DNA of 64,000 nt from Pavona decussata (GCA_977016875.1 CDRNST010000166.1:2418001-2482000); one strand, 5' to 3'; shown: positions 1 to 13,323, counted from the stretch's first letter. Notes: generated by a model not told the origin, from the sequence alone. Numbers and translations: made by a program.

Positions 1-8
1 ACCAAGTA

Positions 9-1286
9 GTGGAAGTAGCAATAGTTACTGAAAACAGTGACAATCTACAATTACTATCACACGATGAGAATTCCAGCCTGTTAGAACAAGAGAAGAGTGC
101 TGGACAACATACTCAAGTAGCAATTACTGACCATGTCGGTGTTGTTAGAGAAATTAGCCAAAGAGTTGATGACACAGGTCAATTCTTCATTGTGGTACGA
201 AGGGCTTCCCATTTCACAACATGCCTAAATCTCTGGCGACGTGAATCATTGAGAACCAGGCCAAACAAAGTTTTAAGAGTCCATTTCACAGGTGAAGATG
301 GGATAGACAGTGGCGCCATGGCTAAAGAGTTCCTAGCAAAAGCTGTAGCAGACATGGGAAATATTATGTTTCCTGGTGGTAGTCCTGTGGATTCAATCTA
401 CAATGTACAGAACGGATACTTCCAGTCTTGTGGAGAAATTGCTGCTGTAAGCCTTGCTTAAGGGGGTCCATCGCCTTGTGTTGACAGTATGGTCAACCCA
501 GAGACTGACTTCAAGAGTTTGAATTTAGAGCACATTACGCCACAGGAGAAGATGATCTTCGAAAATATCCAAAATGACTTGGATAACCATCGTGACACAA
601 TTGTAGAGCATGGTTACACTGGTGTTATTGACCAAGAGCACGTCAGTGACATCACAGGATCCATTCTGATTAGTCTTGTCACCAGACGACAACTGTATTT
701 ATCTGAATTCATGAGAGGGCTGGAGCTTTATGGGCTTGCTGATGTAATAAAGCAAAACCCGGAAATATGCAAGCCACATTTTGTCATGGGGCAAGCAAAG
801 GATGTTGATGCAAACTATGTGTTTTCCCTTATGAAACCACGTTATGCTGTGGAGGGATCAACCAGACGGGAAGTTGAGGAGTCTGTGATGGATAGCTTCC
901 AGGACTTTTTGATATCTTTGGAAGATGAAAAGAAGATCAGTGGATATTCTGAGGCTCTTACTTGGAATTATGAAGACAGCGGAGACAGGGGAAGTGACAG
1001 ACAACAAGCAGAAGAATTTCAAACAGCAGATATCTCTGTGGCCGGTGTCTTAGGCTGGCTAACTGGCCAAAGACACCGACCCCTCAACGGTGATCCCCTC
1101 ACAATTAATGTTAACTTTGACCATGATTGTTTTGACCGTAACCCCAAGCACAGTATTTGCTTCCCGTGTGTTGCAGCATGTGGAAGGGAGTTAACTCTAC
1201 CAGTGTCTCACATGGGTGACACAGAACAATTTCGCCAAACTTTCCTTCTAGCCTACTGCAAGGGCCAATCATTTTCGAGGCCATAG
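9..1286 (+). pseudogene. HECT-domain E3 ubiquitin ligase (G2E3-like), 5'-incomplete, in-frame stop
   Basis: HECT N-lobe motif LRVHFTGEDGIDSGAMAKEFL and C-terminal FPCVAACGRELTLP (catalytic-Cys motif). ORFs 9-461 and 489-1286 are in the same frame, split by TAA at 459-461 (SLA*GGPSP, probably CAA>TAA). Confidence 0.75.
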
Positions 1287-1640
1287 AGACCTTCAGCAAT
1301 TCTTAGTTTCTAGCTAAGTCCATTGGTACACACCTTTTTGTGTGTGTTTCATACAATAGTGGTCATAAATGCCTTTGAAGGTGCAATGATAATTATGTTT
1401 GTGTTAGTTAAGGTCATGGACACCTTCAACTGTGTTAGTTAAGGTTATGCAGACGTTCAGCTGTGTTAGTTAAGGTTATGGAGACCTTCAGCAATTCTTA
1501 GTTTCTAGCCAAGTCCATTGGTGCACACCTTTTTGCGTTTCATAAAATAGTGGTCATAAATGCCATTGAAGGTGCAATGATAATTGTTTTTGTGTTAGTT
1601 ATGGTTATGGAGACCTTCAACTGTGTTAGTTAAGGTTATG
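1286..1640. repeat. Direct duplication (~197-bp period) with internal ~31-bp repeats downstream of the HECT stop
   Basis: GAGACCTTCAGCAATTCTTAGTTTCTAG...GGTGCAATGATAATT occurs at ~1286 and ~1482. TGTGTTAGTTAAGGTTATG-like units recur about five times. Confidence 0.8.
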
Positions 1641-2513
1641 GTCGCAGAGTAGACATTTCCATTCTTAACATTTAAATTTTTGCAGATAATATTTGCTTGC
1701 AGGCCCATAATCTTTAGTAGAGTGGTTTTAAGGTTGGATTGACACTTGAAATAAAGTTTTGTTGTTGTTGCTGTTGTTGGTTACCCTGTTGAATGACATC
1801 AGGTAAAGCTGCATTGCCTTGAATAAAACTGGGACGCAGGTCCAGACAATTTAGTTTGTTTGGCAGCCTGTGCAACAATGTTGAACACTTTCATATGCAT
1901 AAAAAACGTTTTTTGGTGGATCAAGAAGCTTCATCTTATGACATCATCGGACAAAGTTATGTACTACAGTGTTGGGTGATATGGTATATGTATGGCCAAG
2001 GCTAAAGGGGAGTGTTAATATCATATCACAAATAGTGATACTAGCAGATTTTCACCCTCCCCCTTCAGTTGGGGAATTTTCATGCCAAACAGTTTATGAA
2101 TTGGTTTATTTATGCGCTCAAGGAGTGTAAGTGGTTACTTAAAAGTTTATTGCTCCAGTAGTGCATTAATCACTTAAACTGAAATAGTAATGCTAAGTCT
2201 TCAAGTGAATACCTGTTCAGAGTCTGGTAAGTACATACTACTGTACATGTAACAAACTGTATTTTGACTCTATATCTTTCTCCAACACCAAGGTATGGGG
2301 GAAAAAAGAGACTACTTTGGAAATACATCAAATATTGTTTATGTTTGTAAACTTCAAGCCACTAACTGTAGGCTTTGTAGCAAAATACTGGATGTCTGCT
2401 GATCTTTTATTCAATTCATTTAAACAACTCATCATAATTACATGTATCTGTTCTGGTCCTTTCGATAATAATTTCCAACTGCCAAACTGATCAGCAGTAA
2501 CAGGATGACAAGG

Positions 2514-2762
2514 TAGAGCGGTTTTCAATAAGTGCATTGTAGAACCTAATACAAACTAATTACTAAGGGCAACAACTTGCGAATCAAAACAAAGACAAAC
2601 TATCTAATCAGTCAACTAGAGCTCCAAGCAAACACATGTGGTTTTAGTTTGATTGGTTGAGAAAGTAGCACAAGATTTTTTTAGCCAATCACAGGGCATA
2701 GTAATGCAAAAACAAAGTAATTACAGAATATTACTTTCAACATTCACTGAATACCGCTCTTA
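2514..2762. mobile_element. Degenerate palindromic MITE (AGAGCGGT...ACCGCTCT ends)
   Basis: Imperfect inverted ends TAGAGCGGTTTTCAAT / CACTGAATACCGCTCT with internal GATTGG/CCAATC motifs. Resembles an abundant coral repeat (recalled, not searched). Confidence 0.5.
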
Positions 2763-2895
2763 TTGAAATCAATTACTTTGAAAGCATACAGCTCAAGAGG
2801 GTGTTTTGTTCAGAGCCATTACAGCCCTGAGATTGACAGCAGGTTGACTTTTTACGTGCACAAGTTCTTGGTTTTCTTGATGAACATAGACAAAA

Positions 2896-4967
2896 CTATG
2901 AAGAATATCCATGAAGGGCAACATGCATTAATTTTTTGTACATTTCAAGTGCTTCTTCCCATTTGCCTGGCAAAGGCATTGAAAGACTACTTCTGGCATA
3001 CTCCAAGTATTCCTGGTAATCATTGTCAGGGCTATCCAAATGTTCAGTTATATGCTGTGCACCAAATTCAACTTGGGCAGCAGGTACTTCAAATAGGCAA
3101 TCCCTTGCACCATGAAGGTCAGGTACGAAAAAAAGAGAATCTGGATGTCCTGGTACAGTGTTATTTCTTGATTTTCGAATTCTATGTGTGTTCCAGTGCT
3201 CTTTCACAGAATCAAGCTGTTTTTGCAGTACATTGCTAAAACAATCCATACTTAAATCAGATGTTATGTCCACAATACCCTGAAACTCTAAGTCACTAAA
3301 AAAATTCCTCCATCATGCACAACAATTCCTTGAATAATACGACCACCAGCCCTCAATTCTTTGATTCCTTGGGGAAGAGACATATCGATGTGCTTCAGGA
3401 TTATCACGGAAGAAAGATTGCATTGCTGCTGCAAGTCCATTTTCAGTCCCCAAATTTGTAATCAGTTCTACTGGACAACCCCCCAATTCTGAAACTGTTC
3501 TTGCATAAAAAGTGGCTATTTTGTTTGGTGAGTTATTGGAACGAGTTATTTCCAGCCACAAAATCTTACAGCTAAAACCATCAATTGCACCATGGATAGG
3601 AAAACCCCAACACTTAAGTTTGTCGTAGCCATCAATATGCCATGAGTAGTTGGGCCCAGGATTCTGATACTCTCTTCTCTTTAAGCGATGCTTTCTTCTC
3701 AATTCAGACCCTTCCGGATCCATCTCCTTTAAAAGGTCCTGAACAATTACTCTAGGAATGCGGAGTCCCTCCATTTCGAGGGTGTGCCACATTGCACGAT
3801 ACCCATGTGCTGAGCAAGGACCATCAATAAGTTCACTCATACGCCTCAATACCTTCAAAAAGGTATCACTGAATGATTCTTGTTTTGTAACACCACGCCT
3901 AAACAAACGATATTTCTTTAACTTTCTTAAAAGAGTACTATAACTTATTTGGCACTGATGACGATCACTAAGGAAATGGAGGATTTCTTGGTAGCTAAAC
4001 CCACGGTGGAAGTAGTACTTCAGAATTTCTTCTTCTTCTTCATCAAAGCTCCCATCCCCTTCACAGTCACTGTCTGAGCTGTCTGATGATGGGTAAACTT
4101 CTGAAAGTCATGATTTTAATAACTTATCAGAAATATAATTAAGGTTACAAACTGTTCTTGATTTATCATACAGTGAATCAATCTCAACTAAAAAAGAGAA
4201 GAAGAAATACTAACAGTAGAAAGATACATACATGTACACTCTCTGATGCAAATAACTAATAAAACAGACTTAATTTAATTTTATGACAAAAAGTGCTTAT
4301 CTATGGCATTGAAGGGAGATATTAAGACTTACAGCATGTTAAAAGGTATGGATGACTGGAAGTAGTTTGCCATTTTTCCTTATGAATTACTTCATAATTT
4401 TTTTCTGTAAGGATTTGTATTCAATATGTGGAGCATATTCTGACTTTCAACAATGCTATTATTATTACTGAAATTTTCCACTTTAGTGACCTTCAGGCTA
4501 CAAATAATTATTATCATAAATTCTTCTTCTTCTTCAATCACTTTTTTCCTTTAAAACAAGGGGATCGCTTTTTTCGTTTATAACTAGGGGATGTTAAGGC
4601 TGTTAAATAGTTAAAAATGGGGTAAGATTTCCGCACAGCCAGCACAGCCTATGTGTCATGAAGCAATCTCATACCACTTTGTGGATATACTTAATATGAA
4701 TAGAGCCCAAATATGTATGCATAATAAATGTGTGGGGCTGTGCAGAAATCTTACCAGCCGGGTGTGATGACCCATGCACAAAGGCGTGAGATTCTCTCCC
4801 TCTAACCCACGCCCTCTGATTTGAGTTATAAAGTCAACCTTTCGTGACTTTCGTACACCTAGCTGAACTGTTCATTCGCCACTGGCTTACCACAATGACT
4901 TACCTTTTCCGCAATTGGCACAAAAGTTGCAGTTCTCTACACTTCTCCCGCAATTGCTGCAATACAT
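2896..4967 (-). pseudogene. Two-exon DDE transposase/integrase-core gene (Zn-ribbon + HTH + integrase core), inactivated
   Basis: Exon 1 4967-4904 (MYCSNCGRSVENCNFCANCGK, donor GTAAGT) splices in frame to exon 2 from 4100 (acceptor TTTCAG): ...ILKYYFHRGFSYQEILHFL...WHIDGYDKLKCWGFPIHGAIDGFS...RNQRIEGWW. In-frame TGA at 3313-3315. The expected second catalytic Asp reads Asn (ITNLGTEN). Confidence 0.8.
4621..4755. repeat. 135-bp element with 20-bp inverted ends inside the transposase intron
   Basis: GGTAAGATTTCCGCACAGCC ... GGCTGTGCAGAAATCTTACC (19/20 match); no TSD seen. Confidence 0.5.
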
Positions 4968-5080
4968 CCCGAGCAAGATGACAGTACCATGTGCAAGAAC
5001 AAAATGGCAGTCGGGAGAAGGCCGAGTGAAAACTGGAGATAGCTTTCGCTCATTGACCGCTGACCGTTTAATCGGTGTTT

Positions 5081-5320
5081 TTGATTTTGATGTGAGGAAT
5101 TTGTTTTTGCTGTGACAAATTTGTTTTTGATGTGACAAGTTCGTTTTTGATGTGGTGAATTTGCTTTTGTGGTGACGATTTTGCTTTTGTTGTGGCGAAT
5201 TTGTGTTTGATGTGGTAAGTTTGACTTTGATGTGGGGAATTTGTTTTTGTTGTGGCGAATTTGTGTTTGATGTGGTAAATTTGATTTTGATGCGGGGAAT
5301 TTGTATTTGATGTGACAGTT
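5081..5320. repeat. Subterminal tandem array, 12 x 20 bp
   Basis: Units like TTGTTTTTGATGTGGGGAAT in exact 20-bp register, ending 13 bp before the transposon terminus. Confidence 0.92.
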
Positions 5321-5915
5321 GTGGGCCACCGTAAATATATTCTTTTTAACATCTTGATACTTTTGAAGTTCATTTCTTAAATTTTTGGTAGGTTCTAAGT
5401 TTGACTAGCTCTTTCAATTTATCTAGAATGCATTATAAGTTTGTGTATGCTAATGCATGCTAATGAGGGTGAAAGTCGTGTACTAATGAAGATTCCCCTG
5501 TAGCATTGATAACAGTTATGCCATTAAAGCTGTCAATTTTTTCCTCCACAATTTTTTTTTATTATGATTAGCTTTCAATAGCTTGTCTGCTACAATCCAT
5601 AAAAAAATACCAGACACTTGAATCTTGGCCATTAAGCTGATCCCGGCTGATGACAATTAACTTGTTCGACAGACAACCTGCTTCCAAAACAAATTATATA
5701 GCACTCTTCTAAACAGATATTAATTCTGACACTTTCAAATAAACTTTGATTTTGACACATTTAGCATTCTTGTCAACAACCTTGAAACAGGTATTTTAGT
5801 TCTTAATTAATGCTATTACTACTCGCTAAATGTATATTTAAATTTCTTTTTGTTTAATTTTTCACATGCCATCAAAGGTAGCAGACAGCTAAAGAGGGAG
5901 AATATTAATACTCAC

Positions 5916-6886
5916 CAATGGAAAGCGTCTGGGAAAAGGTTTCTTCGTTTTTACGGTCATCAACCCAAAAGCAAGTCAAAATAATGTCTCCAACGCCCCA
6001 AGGTACCACAGGTATCCCAAGCTGTATGAGTGTTAAATAAAGACCTTTGTTTTGACCTTTGTAATTTGAGTGTCACGATGATCTGAGTGTTACGCAATGG
6101 CGTAAATTATAAGGGTTTGTATGGGAATTTACGAACGTGTTTTGGAATCGAAAATAAATGGCATGAATTGAAAAAAAAATGGCTTACCTTGTCTCCTCGG
6201 TATCTTTCCAGTGTTTTTGTGCCGTATTTTGGCCATTTCAGCGCGATTTAGTGGGTTTTAGGTTTGCTGATTTCCTCTCTATATATAATAGAGAGGAAAT
6301 CAGCAAACCTAAAACCCACTAAATCGCGCTGAAATGGCCAAAATACGGCACAAAAACACTGGCAAGATACCGAGGAGACAAGGTAAGCCATTTTTTTTTT
6401 CAATTCATGCCATTTATTTTCGATTCCAAAACACGTTCGTAAATTCCCATACAAACCCTTATAATTTACGCCATTGCGTAACACTCAGATCATCGTGACA
6501 CTCAAATTACAAAGGTCAAAACAAAGGTCTTTATTTAACGCTCATACAGCTTGGGATACCTGTGAAGGTACTGTACTAAATCCCACTCCAAGAAACACTT
6601 TCTCAAAATCATATAATTCGCCTGTATAATTATATGGATCAACAACATATCTGCAATCGCGACGCCATTTTCCAGATTTTCATATCTTTTTTGAAGATTG
6701 GGCCACGTTCCGCGAATCACCGATCGGTTCGTTTGTACAGTTTCGAAAATCCTTCGGTTTTGTCATAATCCATCCAGCTCCATTTCGCTCTGGAGATCTC
6801 TGAGGATATGTTGGAAAGGTAACGTGGCTGCTTTCTACTGTTGCAGAGCCGGCCAGCGTTTCGCGGTCTTCTAACCGCGCATTCAC
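5916..6886 (-). pseudogene. Possible decayed coding exon interrupted by a MITE (product unknown)
   Basis: With the MITE and one TSD removed, one frame reads ...VTFPTYPQRSPERNGAGWIMTKP...SSKKI*KSGKWRRDCRYVVDPYNYTGELYDFEKVFLGVGFSTVPWGVGDIILTCFWVDDRKNEETFSQTLSI and ends at donor G|GTGAGT. Confidence 0.3.
6007..6564. mobile_element. Fold-back MITE, P-element-like
   Basis: Almost the whole 558 bp is one palindrome centred on ~6285. Ends are CACAGGTATCCCAAG / CTTGGGATACCTGTG. 7-bp TSD AAGGTAC at 6000-6006 and 6565-6571. CANRG ends with a 7-8-bp TSD fit the P superfamily. Confidence 0.85.
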
Positions 6887-7948
6887 CTCTGTTTTCTGTT
6901 TTCCCAGAAAGCAGTTTAAAGTTGAATTGAAGATGTCGTGACCTCCAATTCACAAAGAAATACATTTTGGTCTTAGAAAGGCACCATCTTGAATGCAGAT
7001 AAGGTACTGGTGCGAGTAACCTCGTCCTGAAAACGACGTTGTTCTTTGCTGGAAATGTTAGAATGGAATGGTGGAATGAAACAAACAAGAATAGAGACTT
7101 GTCAAGAAGAACTTGACACTTGATCGTTATTTCAAGAAGAAAAAGTTCCCAGGAGGAAGAAGCAATTCTTTTTATTCCCCAAAACCAACTGGGCTACATC
7201 CCAAGTTAAAGTTTTACTACCCATATTGCTATGCACTGGTTGAAACCTGGTTTCATCACGGTGTGTCTTTGGGATCCTTGAGACACCATCGGCTATAAGA
7301 ATGAAAACACATGCATCTACACGAAGTGTTGAAAATGAGCACGCTGAATTCTTGGTTCTTTAAAAATGCGACGCAAATGGTTTTTGTTCAAAGATGCCAA
7401 CAACAACGACAACAACAACAACAAAAAAACGAAACAAAAACAAAAAAGGTTGTGTAGCTTTATCTTTCCTTTTCTCTCTTGTTTTTTTTTTTTTTTTTTT
7501 TTCATTTTCACCTTTTTTCTCTCCTCCGCGTTTTTCTGCACCTTCTCGTGCAACCAAAAGAGCTCAAGTTTTCATCGACCGTCTTTTCAAAACGGTCGGG
7601 TTGAGATTTATATTAAAATAATAATGATAGAGTCCAAATCCGCCGTCAAATGAAAACAAATTTCTCTCACCCGGAACTAGTCATGTCTCTGTTCTCGCCG
7701 TTTTTACCCTGCATGCGTTGCGTAATAAACGCTTGTAGAAAAGAAATTCTCCGTAACACGCCTTCATTTTGTGTCCTCTCTTAAAAAGGAAAGGCGTGGG
7801 CGCTATGCTTCTATTTTTACCGAAGAAAACTCTTGGTCACATGACCAAACAATCCTCACTTGATCGGACCATTTTGATATACTTTATTTACGAAATAAAT
7901 AAGTTGAAATGACGGCAAAAACCATGACATTGCTGCACTCTGCACTTG

Positions 7949-8100
7949 ATACATACATATCCTTCATTTAAACAGGATAGGGTTTAAAGCTCAGAGCTTG
8001 TGGGGTCAATATAATTACAATATGAAACCATATTAAAATAGTGATAACATTACTTACAGAACACAAAATAATTGACTACAGCAATCTGATTAAGGGATAA
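7949..8100 (-). mobile_element. Possible 3' end of a non-LTR retrotransposon
   Basis: Minus strand ends GACCCCACAAGCTCTGAGCTTTAAACCCTATCCTGTTTAAATGAAGGA followed by a short (TATG)n tail. Confidence 0.3.
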
Positions 8101-11100
8101 AATGTATGATATAAGAGAGCTTAAACAACCTTTGTTTAGTTTGCAATGCAATTTTCCCAGGGCTTATGTTGAATGTTGACGCGAACCAGGACGCGAACAT
8201 TAATTATACAGTTGTTTTTAGCGAAGTGAAATAAGCTCCTTATGTTCTGTTTCTTCAATCAAAAAGCTGCTGACCAAAAAGAACGCTATTTCGCACTAGC
8301 AAACAGACTTAGCGCGCATTTATAATTATGCTACGTCATAAAGGTCAATTTACTCGAAGATTTTGGGATACGTTGGTAAAAGCGAATCAGTTATTTTCAA
8401 CGAGATATTTAAAAAAAGCGACAAGCGAGAAACTAAGAAAATGGCCTCAGGCCGTCCATCAGGTTAGTAAGCACACCTTACGTAGTCACATCTGAAAGGC
8501 TTTTCAATTCTCGCCTTGATTTGCCGATTTTCCTTGATCGCTCGCTTCCAAAATTTCATTCGGATCCTGTCGGAATAAAAATCCGCCATGCAATTTTTGC
8601 TGCAATGTTCCCCCACCTACAGTTGCCGAACATAACATTTCCGAAGCCTTTGATACTAGGGCGTTAACTGAGAATATTAAAATATAGTAGGGACGCAATG
8701 TGTTCAGGAATTATTTTGTGACAAACACAGTAAAACCACACTGCTGCAAAAATTGTCAGTTTTTGACTTTAATTCAATACATTATATCACTTCCATACGT
8801 TTGAAATAAATACGGATGTAAGAACTTTAAATGACATATATTTAAAGGAGTGGAACACATTTATGAAAAGGTGCAAACAGTGTTTAGTTGTATTTAATAT
8901 TATTGTTTATTTTTTACACCTGCTATGGTTACGCTAGATGTTAAAAAATCCTTTTATTACGTCATTTTAAGAATGCTTAGAACTTTAGAAGAGTTGCGCG
9001 CATCGAATTCCAAATGTCATTTAGATTGACGTCATAACGGAGATTTACTCGGAGTTTTCAGAAAATGTTGATGAAAGTAACGCAGTGAATGAAAACAGTA
9101 ATCTCGTACCCAGATGTTTGTCTTCAGAGAAATGATTTAGTAAAATCGATCATGTTCTCCTATCTGACTGGTCAATGAAAATGGCTGAGTGCAAGTCGCG
9201 TCTTCAAGTTGTCGCGTCAGTCATTTTGTCGCCACTTCCCAAATCTCACCTTTGCACGCGCGAAGATGTAAGCCGTACAAAGAATCTATCTTGGCACTTC
9301 AGTCCTTCTGTGGAAGTGGTTTTTGTATCGATTTAACTTCAATGTTTCATTAAACAGCAACAGGTTCTTATAAACTAACATATTTTTTACAGTGTTTTCT
9401 TAAATTGTTGTGAAATATTTGTTTGGTAATCTGACGCGTGCAACTAAGTTGTACGGGTGTTATGGCGCCCGAACATTGTGTACCATTGTCAACAAAAAAA
9501 TTAGCGGTGCTTTCTGGTAACCCCCAAACTTTTAAGTTAAATAATAAATATAAAATGATTTCATTGGTGATATAAGAAGATCTACTTGGAGTTTTCGAAC
9601 TCAATAAAGTTAAACGCGCCAAATCTTACTTAAGTGAAAAAAAAATTATCAATCAATAAAAAGCCACAAAATAGCTTCTAAATGCTTTTTATTTTTACAG
9701 ACTCGCTTATTTTTCCAATTCCCGTTGACGATTCAGCTTGTCATCGACACTGAGTTGGTCTGTGAGTTCTTGATTCGTTGTTTCTGAGAAGAATGTTTTT
9801 CAAATGTCTCTCATAACAACTGATGGCAGCTTGTCGCGCAAATAAGTACGACGTTTTACTTAATCTTGATAAGTTGTCAACATTTTAGTTTTCAAAATCA
9901 ATAAAAATCGATTTATAGTAACACAAATTGTGCACAAAACTTGGGGAGGTGGGGGGGGGGGGGGGGGGAGTGAGATAAGCATGCCAGTATTGGCATTTTG
10001 GGAAAAATTCCAGAAAAGATGTAATATCTGGCCGACCGATATTAATTGGCTTGAATAGCTTTCGTTTGCTAAGTATCGGTAACAAAAATTGGAAGAGTCT
10101 ATAAGGTGACTCTAAAAGCAATAAAATCTGCTTTTATTTTAGATCGAAGAAATAATTTCTTCGAGATGGGGAAAAAGTTGAATCACCAGGAGCGTGAAAA
10201 TGAGGTAAGTACATTACGATATATTAAATAGAAAAATAAGAAATGCCGACAAAAATTCTTCTCCACTTCCATAAAAAGTTCTTCGAAACGAAAAAGAATT
10301 GAAATTGTCATCAGCTACTGAAATAATACACTGTGATATATTAAAAGGAAAAATGAGAAATGCGGACAAAAGTTTTTCAGCATTTCGAGGAAAAATTCTT
10401 CAATATGTAAAAGAAATGCATTTACTTTATTTTCTTGCTTTTGACGATTTTTAAATTGTCATCAGCCACAAAATGAAACTGAAGTACATTTTGATATTGA
10501 AGAGAGATGTAACTAGTAAGTGCAATGCCTGTGATCCTGAGGGAACTTCTATTTAAAATGTTTGGAGGAGAATTGAATTTCATAAGAAAATGTAGGAGTG
10601 AACCGCTCTAAGAGAGGTGGATATTTCATGACAAGATTTGAGAGCGATCTGCTAAAAGAGATTCTAACAATACTGGAATGATAAAAACATAATATCTACT
10701 TAATCAGACAAGACAGTACATGTTCCTGGCTCTTTGTAAATTTAGGAGACAACTACTGAGTTGCAAGTACAGATTTTCGTATTTTCATGGGATTTAATAA
10801 GACTGAATAATTTGAAATTGATAACTATTGCAAAGCGAAAGCTTACTTTGTTATTCATGAAATCGCCCATAGCCTTGTTATTCATTCGTTCATTGATTCG
10901 CTCGCTCATTTTTCTTCTTTTTTCCCTTTTTGATCTAGAAGTTAAAAGAGAAACTAAAGTCAAAAGAAGAGTATTTGAAAATGGTGACCAGAGAAACAGA
11001 GTAAGCGATTGTTGTTTTAATCATTTATTTTAATTAAAATACAATCGGATGTTTATATATCCGTCGGACAGACCACATAGAGCCAACTGCAAACCTCCTC

Positions 11101-13323
11101 TTTTCCTTCACTAAGTGTGTGTAGTGTTAAGATCTCCTAAAAGAGGCGATAGGATCGTTCAGAGCCACATCAGGTTAAGCTAAAGGTTTCTAAATTAGAA
11201 CAGTGTAGCAGGTGCCAATTGCAACTCGCCTCATTGCCTCCTCCAACCGTTTACATTGCAAAATACTAAGAGCAGTCAATTACACAAAGACAAATCTCAG
11301 CTTTCCTATAAGCTAATGTATACCTACTGAATGATCGAGCCGATTTGGACAAATATGAGAAAGGAATTCGAAATTAGCTAGTGGACGAAAATCGGCCGAT
11401 TTATGAAAATCTCTGGCAATGCTCGAATGCAAGTATCTACAAAGGCTCTTCTTCAAAGGCTCGGATCTTTCTCTAGTCAAGGGCTCTAAGTAAATATAAT
11501 TAGGTAATTATCTTCTTATGGAGTTTTTGCTAAGTGTAAGGGCAGATTACATTCATTATCCTTATTTCTTTTAAATTTGTTGCAGCATGAAATATAAGCA
11601 GTTGACTGCAGCCAAGAAAAAAATTCAAGCCTCAAAAGAGAAGGCTCAGATTTGTAATTTAGAGGGATGAGAATCTCGTTTTTTCTCTCAAAATATAAGC
11701 AAATGATGGGGGCTGGTAGAATGGTGTGAACTGGGTAAAATGGGAGAAATGATGAAATTAGGAGATGAAAAATGGGCGAAAAACCAAACTGGAGAGAGAA
11801 CGGTAGAAACAAGGAAAGCAGAGAAAACTAAGAGACAAGGTTGAGAACAGGGGAAAGAGGAAGAACAGAGGGATAAAGTAAGGAACAGGGGAAGAGGGGA
11901 AGTTTATCTATGGGAAAACCGAAAGAAGTGAGAATAAGAGGGACAAAACCATGGAACTGGGGAATAGATGCCGGAACAGGGATAAAAGAGGAAACAGGGG
12001 GCTAAAACATTTAAACGAAGAACAAGGGGAACAGTGGGGTATTGTGTCTACAGGGGAAAAGATGCATAAATTGGAGCCCATTAAATAGGAGGAATACGAG
12101 ATTTTAGGGGGAATGCAAGCAAACAAGAAACTGGGAATCAGGGGTACGAATGGGGGATAGGGGTACTAGTGGGAGGGGGAGTCACGTGGGAAGGAGGACA
12201 AAGTTATGGGAGATAAGGGGTGAGAAACAATAAAGGAATCAGGAGATTAGAAATCGTATGAAAACAAGAAATGGAGATTACGGTTGAGAGGAAAAAGGAA
12301 AAGAGACAGTGAGAAAAGGGTTGAGGGATAGTGAAGTATAAAAGGACTTAGTAGATTAGGAATGAGAACAGGGCCAAAGCTGGCATAGGGGGGGATGAGG
12401 GTAAACACTGTATATGTTGGTTGATGAAAGATGGAATTAGGAACTGTTCAATTTGAGTGTTGGAAATTTTAGGTGTTTCAGTGCAAGTGTTGGGAATGAA
12501 CTCAAGACATTATTTCTTCCAGTCACTTGTATATAACTGTATCTTTCATCTGTCAACAGGCTGATTTAAAATTTGTAGAAGAAAGAAACACCGACTTCCA
12601 CGGGTAAGTGTTCACTGCAATAATACAACAAAACTTAAAATAATGTCTGCTGATAACTTAGAGAGAGATAACAGCACGGGAACAGTTATGGTGTGTTATT
12701 TTTCTTTACAAAATATAAAAGTGTTATTGTATTACTTTGTGTTTCTTTCTAGGACACTTCAGGAGCTGAAAGTCAAAGACGACAATGTTGATCAAGAAGA
12801 GGTAATTTCCCTAAATTTTAACAACAGAAAAGAAGGCTCTCTTTGCTTTTCTAACAAGCAAACTTTCGATTAATTTAAAAGGTACAAAAGTATTCATCTT
12901 TTTATTTCGTCCATCACCATTACAGACAAAGTCATTGATTTAATCGTCGTCATCGTCATTATCATCCTGGTTATCCTGAAATCATTCCATTACCATCTTA
13001 ATCATCGTCATTGTCACCCACCATCACCACGTGACCAAACCGAATCATCATCATCATAATTACTATAAAATAAGTGTTTTTCCAAAGTTATACCATAAAG
13101 GTTTTGAAAATTAATTGTTTTAACTTATTACATCAAGTCCTACTTTATTGCAGAACGGAAATGAACTGATAAAGCATATGTCTTTCAATTGCATTGTCTT
13201 TCTCCAATAAAGAAGGAGTTGGAGAGAGATAACGGGAGGAGACCAGTCATGGTTGATTATTTTCAATGAAAAATGTAAAAGTGCTATTGCATCGCGTTGT
13301 GGCTGATCATATGATCACAAATT

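Larger units (their letters stand above)
1..5333 (-). mobile_element. IS3EU-like DDE DNA transposon, right part (left end outside window), decayed; apparently carries a HECT gene
   Basis: Integrase-core gene, 12x20-bp subterminal repeats and terminus ...GGGCCACCGTA at 5333 (TACGGTGGCCC on the minus strand). This matches the TAY..RTA ends I recall for IS3EU. The other end and the TSD are not visible. Confidence 0.6.

Noticed and set aside
5081-5320. Possible CRISPR array (also considered 56713-57603)
   Set aside because: Contiguous degenerate repeats without unique spacers, no cas genes, eukaryotic context.
4887-5373. Several ORFs with repetitive HIK/TTK peptides
   Set aside because: They are translations of the 20-bp subterminal array. 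Only the Cys-rich mini-exon 4904-4967 is supported.
7317-7653. Poly-K/F/T ORFs
   Set aside because: Low-complexity poly-T and (CAA)n sequence.
11700-12400. Strongly purine-skewed tract and its antisense ORFs
   Set aside because: Intronic low-complexity GA-rich sequence with no coding signal.
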